Position numbers and translations under genes: made by a program. DNA of 64,000 bases from contig MU058584.1 of the NCBI GenBank assembly GCA_013265495.1, positions 6,290,407 to 6,354,406 on the forward strand, read 5' to 3'. Below, piece after piece: positions 50,336-61,152 of this stretch. Position 1 is the first letter of the stretch. Each line of letters begins with the position of its first letter. The notes below the pieces were generated by a model. It searched no databases. It worked only from the letters and a program-made list of their open reading frames with translations, and had not been told where the DNA came from. Source of the stretch: Vicugna vicugna. Lineage: Eukaryota.

Positions 50336-53051
50336 AGAAGAACTCATACCAGTCCTTCTCAAACTCTTCCAGACGATTGAAAAGGAGGGAATACTCCCAA
50401 ACTCTTTCTATGAAGCCACCATCACCCTGATACCAAAACCAGGCAAAGACACTACAAAAAAAGAGAATTATAGGCCAATATCACTGATGAACATAGACGC
50501 CAAAATCCTCACCAAAATTTTAGCAAATAGAATCCAACAACACATAAAAAAGATTATACATCATGACCAAGTGGGGTTCATCCCAGGGACACAAGGCTGG
50601 TTCAACATACGCAAATCAATCAATGTAATACATCACATCAACAAGAGAAAGGACAAAAACCACATGATCATCTCAATCGATGCAGAAAAAGCATTTGATA
50701 AAATTCAACACCCATTTATGATAAAAACTCTCGCCAAAGTGGGTATAGAGGGAACATATCTCAACATAATAAAAGCTATATATGACAAACCTATAGCCAG
50801 CATAGTTCTCAATGGTGAAAAACTCAAAAGCTTCCCACTAAAATCTGGGACAAGACAAGGATGCCCACTATCACCACTCCTATTCAATATAGTCCTGGAA
50901 GTCCTAGCCACAGCAATCAGGCAAGAGAAAGAAATAAAAGGGATCCAAATTGGAAAAGAAGAGGTAAAAGTGTCATTATATGCTGACGACATGTTACTAT
51001 ATATAGAAAACCCTAAAAGGTCCACAAAAAAGCTACTAGAGCTGATCGAAGAATTCAGCAAGGTAGCAGGTTACAAAATTAATGTTCAAAAATCAGTTGC
51101 CTTTCTTTACACTAACGATAAATCAACAGAAAAAGAAAGTAAAGAAACAATCCCCTTTAAAATAGCACCCAAAGTAATAAAATATCTGGGAATAAATCTA
51201 ACCAAGGAGGCGAAAGAATTATACACAGAAAACTATAAACCATTGATGAAGGAAATTAAAGAAGACTTTAAAAAATGGAAAGATATTCCATGCTCTTGGA
51301 TTGGAAGAATCAATATTGTTAAAATGGTCACACTGCCCAAGGCAATCTACAGATTTAATGCAATCCCTATCCAATTACCCAGGACATATTTCACAGAACT
51401 AGAACAAATCATAATAAAATTTATATGGAACCATCAAAGACCTAGAATTGCTAAAGCATTACTGAAGAGAAAGAAAGAGGCTGGAGGAATAACTCTCCCA
51501 GACTTCAGACAATACTATAGAGCTACAGTCATCAAGACAGCATGGTATTGGTACCAAAACAGACATATAGACCAATGGAACAGAATAGAGAGCCCAGAAA
51601 TGAACCCACAAACTTTTGGTCAACTCATCTTCGACAAAGGAGGCAAGAATATACAATGGAATAAAGACAGTCTCTTCAGCAAATGGTGTTGGGAAAACTG
51701 GACAGCAGCATGTAAAACAATGAAGCTAGAACACACCCTTACACCATATACAAAAATCAACTCAAAATGGATTAAAGACTTAAACATAAGACAAGATACA
51801 ATAAACCTCCTAGAGGAAAACATAGGCAAAACATTATCTGACATACATTTCAAAAATTTTCTCCTAGAAGAAATAAAAGCAAGAATAAACAAATGGGACC
51901 TAATGAAACTTACAAGCTTCTGCAGAGCAAAGGAAACCAGAAATAAAACAAGAAGAAAACCTACGGAATGGGAGAAAATTTTTGCAAGTGAAACCGACAA
52001 AGGCTTGATCTCCAAAATATATAAGCAGCTCATACGACTCAATAAGAAAAAAATAAACAACCCAATCCAAAAATGGGCAGAAGACCTAAACAAGCAATTC
52101 TCCAAGGAAGACATACAAATGATCAAAAAGCACATGAAAAAATGTTCAATATCACTAATTATCAGAGAAATGCAAATCAAAACTACAATGAGGTATCACC
52201 TCACACCAGTCAGAATGGCCGTCATTCAAAAATCCAAAAATGACAAATGCTGGAGAGGCTGTGGAGAAAGGGGAACCCTCCTACACTGCTGGTGGGAATG
52301 CAGTTTGGTGCAGCCACTATGGAAAACAGTGTGGAGATTCCTCAAAAGACTAGGAATAGACTTACCATATGACCCAGGAATCCCACTCCTGGGCTTGTAC
52401 CCAGAAGGAAATCTACTTCAGGATGACACCTGCACCCCAATGTTCATAGCAGCACTATTTACAATAGCCAAAACATGGAAACAACCTAAATGTCCATCAA
52501 CAGGTGACTGGATAAAGAAGATGTGGTATATTTATACAATGGAATACTACTCAGCCATAAAAACCGACAACATAATGCCATTTGCAGCAACATGGATGCT
52601 CCTAGAGAATGTCATTCTAAGTGAAGTAAGCCAGAAAGAGAAAGAAAAATACCATATGAGATCGCTCATATGTGGAATCTAAAAAACAAAAACAAACAAA
52701 CAAACAAAAACAAAGCATAAATACAGGACAGAAATAGACTCATGGACAGAGAATACAGACTTGTGGTTACCGGGGGGGGGGGGGTAGAGGGTGGGAAGGG
52801 ATAGACTGGGATTTCAAAATTGTAGAATAGATAAACAAGATTACACTGTATAGCACAGGGAAATATACACAAAATGTTATGATAAATCACAGAGAAAAAA
52901 ATGTGACAATGAGTGTGTATATGTCCATGAATGACTGAAAAATTGTGCTGAACACTGGAATTTGACACAACACTGTAGAATGATTATGAATCAATAAAAA
53001 TGTAAAAAAATAAAATAAAATAAATAAATACAGATGAAATGCAAAAAAAAA
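50336..53051 (+). mobile_element. Young 5'-truncated LINE-1 (3' ~2.7 kb: ORF2 RT/C-terminal region, 3' UTR, A-tail)
   Basis: Perfect 18-bp TSD AAATTTTGGTTACTTGTA at 50318-50335 and 53052-53069, with TT upstream (TT/AAA, similar to the L1 endonuclease site). Uninterrupted ORF2 remnant, G-rich 3' UTR tract at 52772-52800, AATAAA and A-rich tail. Confidence 0.98.
50337..52682 (+). CDS. LINE-1 ORF2p remnant: reverse transcriptase plus C-terminal Cys-rich domain; endonuclease domain missing
   Basis: Frame open from 50337 ([12 protein letters not shown]...NYRPISL) through the first ATG at 50487 to the stop at 52682. Motifs: [51 protein letters not shown]. Probably not expressed because the element lacks its promoter. 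Confidence 0.93.
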   Translation, partial: EELIPVLLKLFQTIEKEGILPNSFYEATITLIPKPGKDTTKKENYRPISLMNIDAKILTKILANRIQQHIKKIIHHDQVGFIPGTQGWFNIRKSINVIHHINKRKDKNHMIISIDAEKAFDKIQHPFMIKTLAKVGIEGTYLNIIKAIYDKPIASIVLNGEKLKSFPLKSGTRQGCPLSPLLFNIVLEVLATAIRQEKEIKGIQIGKEEVKVSLYADDMLLYIENPKRSTKKLLELIEEFSKVAGYKINVQKSVAFLYTNDKSTEKESKETIPFKIAPKVIKYLGINLTKEAKELYTENYKPLMKEIKEDFKKWKDIPCSWIGRINIVKMVTLPKAIYRFNAIPIQLPRTYFTELEQIIIKFIWNHQRPRIAKALLKRKKEAGGITLPDFRQYYRATVIKTAWYWYQNRHIDQWNRIESPEMNPQTFGQLIFDKGGKNIQWNKDSLFSKWCWENWTAACKTMKLEHTLTPYTKINSKWIKDLNIRQDTINLLEENIGKTLSDIHFKNFLLEEIKARINKWDLMKLTSFCRAKETRNKTRRKPTEWEKIFASETDKGLISKIYKQLIRLNKKKINNPIQKWAEDLNKQFSKEDIQMIKKHMKKCSISLIIREMQIKTTMRYHLTPVRMAVIQKSKNDKCWRGCGERGTLLHCWWECSLVQPLWKTVWRFLKRLGIDLPYDPGIPLLGLYPEGNLLQDDTCTPMFIAALFTIAKTWKQPKCPSTGDWIKKMWYIYTMEYYSAIKTDNIMPFAATWMLLENVILSEVSQKEKEKYHMRSLICGI

Positions 53052-53484
53052 AAATTTTGGTTACTTGTATACACACATATCTCCTTCTTTACAAGTGCCC
53101 TCAAAGCTGAGATGTCGTCCTATATACTTTGGTGTCCCCATGAAACCATGACTCCTTTCCAAAGACTTCTTAAAAAAAAATCCAGACACAGACACACAGA
53201 CAAGGTTATGAGGCTATAGTCCTGGACATTATGAGAGATGACAATTCTGAATCTGAGGGATTTCATTTGCAATCCAGTAAGAGTTACTAGCTTAAGTTCA
53301 TAGTGAAATGTTTAACTATCCTACTTGAATTGAAACTGAGAATAACCATGAAAGCCCAAACATGGTATTAAGCTGTGTCGAGACAGTTTAAGAAAAGAAA
53401 ACACGGCGTAGTCAAATCACATTCCTGGGTGTGTGGCGTGTGGGTATGCAGTCCTCTGTCCAGATGAGTGTGCCGTATAAAAAC

Positions 53485-53662
53485 GGCCTGTTGATCGTGT
53501 GCATAAGAAACCCTTGGGAGACTTTGTTAAAATGCAGATGCCTGAGCCCTATTACAGATCCATTGGGTTATTTGGGACTTGGACCCCAGGGTATCTGCAA
53601 ATTTATTTTAATAAAATTCCTAAATTATGTGATGCACATTGAAGTTCGAGAACAACTTCTCT
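53485..53662. mobile_element. MER5A-like hAT-Charlie element
   Basis: CTTTGTTAAAATGCAGATGCCTGAGCCC...ATCTGCA...GAAGTTCGAGAAC. Confidence 0.75.
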
Positions 53663-53699
53663 AAATGTATAAGGTTTGGCATGGTCAAAGGAAATACTT

Positions 53700-53900
53700 C
53701 TCACTTTACATTTTGAAAAAGCAGTTGCCTTTGGAAACAACATATTTATTCCAATGACGTTGCTGTTTCTCAGTCCAAACATTTTTTGTGACTACGCCTT
53801 TGTGTTGCTATAACGGCCTCTAAAACATTCTTTGGTGTCTACTCAGTGCTGCAAATCTGTATACTTTCAAAGAATGGATTTGAATGTTAGCAACAGTCAC
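53700..53900 (-). mobile_element. Mariner (MARNA-like) remnant
   Basis: The minus strand reads ...QQRHWNKYVVSKGNCFF, similar to the mariner transposase C-terminal RWxKC...GxYF segment. Confidence 0.5.
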
Positions 53901-54540
53901 AACCACTTAGAAGCACGTGAATGAGGTTAATGACCAAGCAGGTTTGTAATAAGGCTGGTGTCCTAAAAATGGTGTGATTATGAGCCAATTAAACTAATTT
54001 TCTTGGGTGGCTTTCATAAAATACGAAGATAAGTTTAACAAAAGTTACGTGTATTTTCAAAATCACTATATTTATTTTTAATGAAAATTGTTAAAATATT
54101 ACATTTGTCTTATAGGAACAAAGATTCAAAATGTTGTTTCTAAACATTCCTGAAAATACATTTATGCATTGCTCTTGTACCAGAAACACAGACCTATGGA
54201 TATTAACTCAACATGATGCCTCAAATTTCATCCATGTTAATGACTGCTTAGAACAGATATTTTCAGATCAAGGTTTAAGAGTATAAAGTCAAGAGAGCTA
54301 GAAACCAGACTGGAAGGGGCCCATGAGGACAGCATTCTCAAATTTTGAATAATGCTTTCATTCATCTTGATCAGAGGCAAATCCACTATTTTAAATGTCA
54401 ACTCTTTTTGTCCTGATTTCTGTTTTGACTTCAGGTTCTGCCTTAGGTTCTTGGTTTCTGAGCTGAACAACTCATCACAGATTCACATTTTCCTGGCACT
54501 GAGGAGGGAAGAGTAATGGCCAGTCATCAGCAAATCAGTA

Positions 54541-55040
54541 GAGATGGTCCCTGACTTACGATGGTTCAACTTAGGATTTTTTGACTTTACGATGCTGTGA
54601 AAGGGATACACATTCAGTAGGAACTGCACTTTGAACTTTGATCTTTTCCCAGACTAGTGATATGAGATACCATCCTCTCTCACGGTGCTGAGCAGCAGCA
54701 CTGAGCCCCGGCTCCCAGTCTGCCAACGCAATCAGGAGGGGGAACCACCAGTATACTTACAACCACTCTACACCTATACAGCCATTCTGTTTTTCACCTT
54801 CAGTACATCATCCAATAAATTACATGAGATATTCAACACTTTATTATAAAATAAGCTTGTGTTAGATGATTTTGCCCTACTGTAGGCTAATGTAAGTGTT
54901 CTGAACGTGTTTAAGGTAGGCAAGGCTAAGCTATGATATTTGGTAAGCTGTGTGTATTAAATGCATTTTCAGCTCACAATATTTTCAATTTACAATGAGT
55001 TTATTGAGACATAACCCTATCATAAGTCAAGGGAGATCTA
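54541..55040. mobile_element. MER47/Tigger5-family element
   Basis: TA|GAGATGGTCCCTGACTTACGATGGTTCAACTTA at the left and CATAAGTCAAGGGAGATCT at the right (inverted termini); internal TGTAGGCTAATGTAAGTGTTCTGA...GGCTAAGCTATGAT. Confidence 0.85.
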
Positions 55041-57239
55041 CATATGACTTGTTATATTTATGGATTAAATGTCACTGCAATTTTCAAGGGCTCTTGTGAT
55101 TTAAATAAGTTCAGAAAAACAATCTCGATACTATAGAAACAACAACAAAAAAACCCTCAAAACAGGGTTCCCTCAGCTAAATTTTCTTTAAAAAAAATCT
55201 TACTGAGAGTCACTTAAATTTTCTAAGCCTTAGTTTTGTCCTCTATAAACTATCTAGAATAGTGAGTTTGACTTCAAGGAGTTCTTGAAAGTAGTAACTA
55301 AGATAATTCAAGTAAAAAACTTAGTACAGTATGTAACACATTAAGTACTCAAAAATGCCACCTGTTGCTACTATTATGATGTAAAGCAACCAGCACAGTA
55401 CTTGGCATATGTGGTTGAATAAACGAAATGGTATCTATTAATATTGTTATTATTATTTTTTAAACTTACTGATGCAATAGAAAGATACTTCAATAAAAAA
55501 TTTAATTGACTCAATGATCAGACATCCCAGAGAAGACATAAGGTCAAATCTTTAGTTTTTGGACGTGTATTTTATATTCTACTTAAATATTATTAAAAGC
55601 ACAAATTCCTATATTGAGCTAGACCTTCTGATTAAAATAAGACCTTATGTAAAAAAAAGTCACTAAATACTGAGATTTGTTAAGACTTAAGTCAAGTACT
55701 TTCTCACTAGGGAAAAGGCAATCAAAGAATTAAGCTGAGGCCCTTATGCATTTAATAAATGTTTACAAAAGCTAAAACATGTGCAGTTTATTCACAACTA
55801 GTAAAAATAACCTAAGGTGAAGAAAGATGACCCAGGCATCCTACAGTCCAAGCCAGACCCACTTTTTAAATTCTAAGTTGATGGTCAAAAATTGTTTAGC
55901 AAACTCATTTCTACTTTTTCCCTTAAAAAAAAAAAATACTGTGCCCTGCTGTACTTCTTGGCTCTTACCAGAGCAGAACAACAAAACTGCCAAGATATCA
56001 AGAGATAGGTGGCTCTCAGGGGTACTTCTTGTCAAGCAGGAAGTGCCAGAAATCTTGTCGAATGTCCAATACAAATTTTCTTTTGCGGACTCTAGAGGTT
56101 TGCATCTGGACACACATCTGCATTTTCTGAGTGCTGGGCCAAACCAAAACGTTCAGTTTATCCATTGCTAATAAACATGTCAGCAGTCTCCTTGTTCTCA
56201 CATCTGTTGTGAAAAATGTTATCTTTCCTGAAGTGTATTTATTTTGTCTTTAATACCAGCTTTCATGGATTACAAAACAGAGATGTGCCTTCACTTAACA
56301 AACTCAATAGCATATGCTGGAAGGTGCCCCACAGGAGTGATGAGATAAATTAAAGATGTCTATTATATCTGGGTCCTGAAAAGGAAACCCAATGTAAAGA
56401 ATGATGGTGACTCTCAGGAAAGCCATGCCAACGGAAACAACTTGCCCATTAATCAAGTTCATCTGAAAATCTATTTAAGACACTCTATGCATCACAGGAG
56501 TTCAACAGAAAAGTTTTGAAAATCTATTATCAACTGATTCATTATAAAGGCTGTCTTCAGTCAAGCTGATGACTTTCTTTCCTGAGGAAACAACTGCCAA
56601 GCGCTGGCTTCTCATTCTATGTTCGCCAGAATACCTGCCCTGCCCACTTTACTGTGATTGGCATTGTTAGAAGATCTAACGAGGTTTGGTTTATTAAGAT
56701 GCTTTAAAAAGAAAACTTTAAATTATTATACAAATGGTAAATAATTGCCAACATTTTCTCCCCTTTCTATTCTTTCATTTTATTTCATAGTCAAGGGTCC
56801 ATTTGCCAAGGTTCCATCCCACCCTCAGCAACTCTCTCTGCCTTCCATCACCAATATCCCACCCTCTCAAAATATCTAATCATTAGGGAGAGGTCATGTC
56901 TCTCATGCAGGTGAAGAATAGCATATCTGGAAATTCACCAGCATGTAGTTTAAGGAAGAAAGTAGAAAAGTCCTGGTAACAAGTATATGTTATATTTGAG
57001 TGATTAGAGCTATCAGAGTTGTACTGTGTCCTCTTCAGACTCTTCCTCTGAGGTCATGGATATTTCTAGTACCTCCCAACACTCTCTGAGATCCAAAGCC
57101 ATTTTCTGCCCAGCTGGCCGCTAGCCAACTTCTGCTAAACTCAGGGAGGGGTTAGGGTGGAATTCCTCAATCTGCCACTGTGTCCCTTCAGTCCTATAAC
57201 AGAAACCAGCAAATGGTATACTCACATAGAAAGTTCTTT

Positions 57240-58085
57240 ACGAAAGGGTTAGGTCAATATCAGAAAGAAATGTACCATGGAATTAGCTAATAAAATAAAA
57301 ACTAAAAGATTTAAATAAAGAGGATCAAAAAGCTAAAATTAGTTTTTAAAAATGCTCAATTTCATTAGTAACTAGGGAAATGCGTATTTCATAACACTGT
57401 AAATGAGATAAAATTTCACACATACACAAAATTAGCAAAACAACAAAAGAAGTTGGACAAATCCAAGTGTTGTTGAGAATGTGAAGTAAATGGAAATATA
57501 AATTGGTATTATCGCTTTAGGAAATAACTCAATATTTCTACTTATGTTGGAAGTACTTGTAGCCTATGACCTAGGAACTTTTCTCTTAATGTTACAACCT
57601 ACTAAAACTCTTTAATAAATAAACCAAGATATATGCATAAATGTATCCCTAACAGCTATTTTTATAATAGGAAATAACTGGAAATAACCCAAGTATCTGT
57701 CACTCAAAAGTAGAAAGGATGGATAAATTGTGGTATAGTTATATAATGGAATGTCTTACAGCAATGAAAACTAGATAAATGCCATGCATTGATAAGAATC
57801 AGTTTTAAAAATATAAGCCAGAAAAGTAAGCCACAGAAACTACATACATATGATGTTACATTTGTAACCCTCAACAAAAGCAAAGCTAAACATCTCTTAA
57901 GGGTGTATGCATACGTGGTAAAATCATGTAAAAAATGGAATAACAAACATTTTGAAAGGGTAGGAAGGTACATGCGATCAGGAGTACACAAGGGCTTCAA
58001 CAAAATTAACCATATCATTTCTTGAGCTTGATAGTGTATACACATGTTAATGTTATTATCATTTTTAAAAACTGCACACAGTGAA
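57240..58085 (+). mobile_element. Ancient L1M 3' fragment
   Basis: AATGCTCAATTTCATTAGTAACTAGGGAAATG...CCTATGACCTAG...AACTGGAAATAACCCAAG...GGATAAATTGTGGTATA. Confidence 0.75.
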
Positions 58086-60269
58086 CATATTCAAGAGTAT
58101 TAGAAATGAACTAAGTTGATCGACATGCATAGTTTTGTATCCATTTATTTCAGATGTAATAAAAATAGAAAGTAAGAAAAGAGAGAAAGTGTCAAGAATT
58201 TAAGATGTATTAATGGAAAGATGACACTAAACTCAGGGGAACTTGACAGGGTATTGTGCACAGGGACTCGATAAACAAACATGTCAACCAAGACCAAAGG
58301 CAATGAAGAGGTGACAATGAAAGTGTCGGATTACGTAGGCTTGTCAAAGAGCAATTTTGATTTGGAGTCAAAAGGGTGCTGACTATGGAGCCAAGACAGA
58401 ACTATCTAAAGAGAGCTGAAGTGGGTAAGCAGACTTAGACTAAAGGTAGAGTGAATGCAGGGGTTGTGGGGAGCAGTGAGGAAGACAAAGACTTAACAGG
58501 AGAAATGGGCATCGTTAAAGGGAAGTTGGGAACTCATCCTGTGGGAAAGCTGCACCGAAACTATGTTGCCTCTGAAGAATCTACCACAAGCATTTCTATT
58601 TATACGCGATCAAATTTTCTGTTTATGTGGCTCTGGAGTGAATAGAACACATTCTCAAGATAGCCTTTTATAGGGATGAAGTAAATGGACTAGGGGTGAT
58701 ATGTGAGCTTCCTCTTCCGGAAGGAGTAAGATGATCTTTTGTAAGGTTTCAAAGGACAGCAGAGGGGCACTTGCTAGATCACCCAAGAGGGAAAAAAAAA
58801 AAAAGGTGACTGGATCACAATCAGAATATCTGCATTTAATGTTTTCAAACAACTATCTAATTGGGTGTGAAGATTGGCTGAGACACCAAACAGATGACCT
58901 GGGGAAGCCACAGTCTTTCTCTGTGCTCCAACGTTTTCATCTGTAAGATAGAGAGGTGAGCCTCTGCTTTCTTCAACATTTTCTAGCCCTAACATGGGAC
59001 AATGTTAAAATTCATAAATCTGATGGTTCAATTTTAATTGAAGTTTCTCTGCTCAGATAATTTTCTAAATACCCAAAGAGAAAAATGTCCACAAAGACTT
59101 TTTCTCCTCTCATTTTGGCTTAGTGAGACCTGTTCTCTACAGGTACTAGCCACTCGCTGGGCAATCACCTTCTTGCTCTGAAGTCCTGTCCATCTCTGCA
59201 CATAATTGGACATGGGACGCTTTATTCCTAATATATTTGTGTGGACCTGGCACACTAGTGGCTCAGCCTGGAATGGCCCTTCATCTAGATAGTGCATTGC
59301 AAAGTTAAAGGCAACAGAGGTTTTTTGGTTTTAGTTAAAGAATGCCTGAAGGTAAGGGTGTCCCATTATTTCCCCTTTTTCACCTCATGGAATTTTTGTT
59401 TTTATGGCCTTCAAAAATGAAACAATTTTTATCTTGAAAGCAAATATTTCTCCTGCTCTTAAAATGCCAGCATTTGAAAAGCAATATATACTGGCAAATA
59501 ACGTGGGAAATAGACATGCAGAACACTTAACAATGACTGAGGACATAAAGCATTTTTCTTCTGTTGTTATGTGACAGCTGGATGAGTTTCAACTTCCTGC
59601 TCACTGCACAGGCTCTCAACTTCCAATTCTGGGACTTTTCTTTTTCTTTCTCTTCCCTGCCTCCCCATTCCCTTCTTGCCTCCTCCTTCCTCTTTGGGAA
59701 AACACAAATGGTTTCGATTACATAATAGCTGCAAACTTTATATCTCCCACTTCAATTGTTACACATCATAAACAGAAGAGTGAACTTCAGACTCCATTAA
59801 GACAAAGGTTGGGCTGGATGGTTGGGAGGCCTTGCATGTTAGCATGGTTTAAATAAAATGTTTCTTGAGGAAAAAGAAATGCACTGGACCTGGCTAAAAA
59901 CGATGCTCTGACCACTAAACAGTCAGAATCTTCATTCTATTCAAGACAAGAATGAAGCCTGGAGACCAGGACCAACACAGCCCCAACAGAAGTTGCTCAA
60001 CCCAATGGGAGATCTAATATGTGAGGGCCAAAAAATATTTTTTTAAGTTAAGCAAAGATAGTCAGAACTTGTATAAAAACACTGTGCAATGTGTTTGAAT
60101 CTATTGATTCTGATTCTCTATTCTGGAGTTTTCTCTTGAATTTTCTTTTACAAGTGAAGTTCTATTACTGTCATAGTGCTCAGCTAAACACATTGGAAAC
60201 AGGAAGAGCAATACAGTGATTTTTATTCTTAATCTCTTACTTCTGAGTACATCTAATTCATTATAATAC

Positions 60270-60697
60270 AATTTTTATTGAGCCCCTGCTAGTAACAGGC
60301 AGTATTTTAGGTGCTGGAGTTACATCATTAAGAAGGCAGGCAGGATCTCTCTGCTTTTGGAGTCTCCATTCTAAGCAGGAAAGGCAAACAAACATATGGG
60401 AGAACGAGATGATTTCAGATAATGGTGAAGGTTATGCAGAAATAAATAGGCTAAAAGCAGTTGGTGGAGGAACAGATCTCAGATAGGATGGTCAGGGCCA
60501 GAGTCTCTGACTTTGATCTGAGGGCGCAATGAGAAGATTATGGTGAACAGGTGAAAGAATTTCTCAGCATGAGGATGGGCAGTACAAAATTTCTAAGAGG
60601 AGAAGATGCCACTGATTTGTTCTAGGAACAGATCAAAGGCCAAGAGGGCTAGAACAAGAAGGGGCGTGGCAAGGGATGATATCAGAAAAGTAGACAG
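60270..60697 (-). mobile_element. L2 3' fragment
   Basis: TTTATTGAGCCCCTGC...AGGCAGTATTTTAGGTGCTGG...GGTCAGGG... Confidence 0.7.
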
Positions 60698-61152
60698 TGT
60701 TATGAATTGAATGATGTCCCCTAAGAAGGTGGTGAAATCTTAACTTCCAGTGCCTGTGAGTGGATCTTATTTGGAAATAGGGGTTTTTGCATATGATTAA
60801 GTTAACATGAGGTCATGAAGTTAGGCTCTTATCCAATATGACTTTGTCCTTATAAAAAGAGGAGATTTGGATATGGGAATAGACACACGCAGGGAGAGTA
60901 CACCATGCGAAGATGAAGGCAGAGATTGGGGTACTGCATCTACAGGGCAAGGAGCACCAAAGATTGCCAGCAAACCAGAAGTTAGAAGGAAAGCATAGAA
61001 CAGAGATCCCTCACGCCTGTCAGAAGGAACCAACCCTGTTGACATATTAATTTCAGATTTCTAGTCTCCATAACTGTGAGGTAATAAATTTCTCCCGTCT
61101 AAGCCACCCAGTTTGTGACACCTTATTACAGCTGTCCTGGGAAACTAACAGA
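60698..61152 (+). mobile_element. MaLR solo LTR (MLT1B/C-like), inserted into an L2
   Basis: TGTTATGAATTGAATGATGTCCCC...TTATTTGGAAATAGGG...GTCCTTATAAAAAGAGGA...AATAAATTTC...TAAGCCACCCAGTTTGTG...GGAAACTAA; probable 5-bp TSD GACAG/GGCAG. Confidence 0.9.

Noticed and set aside
50705..52968. Minus-strand ORFs of 65-186 aa overlapping the young L1
   Set aside because: They are antisense shadows of L1 ORF2 and its 3' UTR, commonly seen with any L1, and have no independent support.
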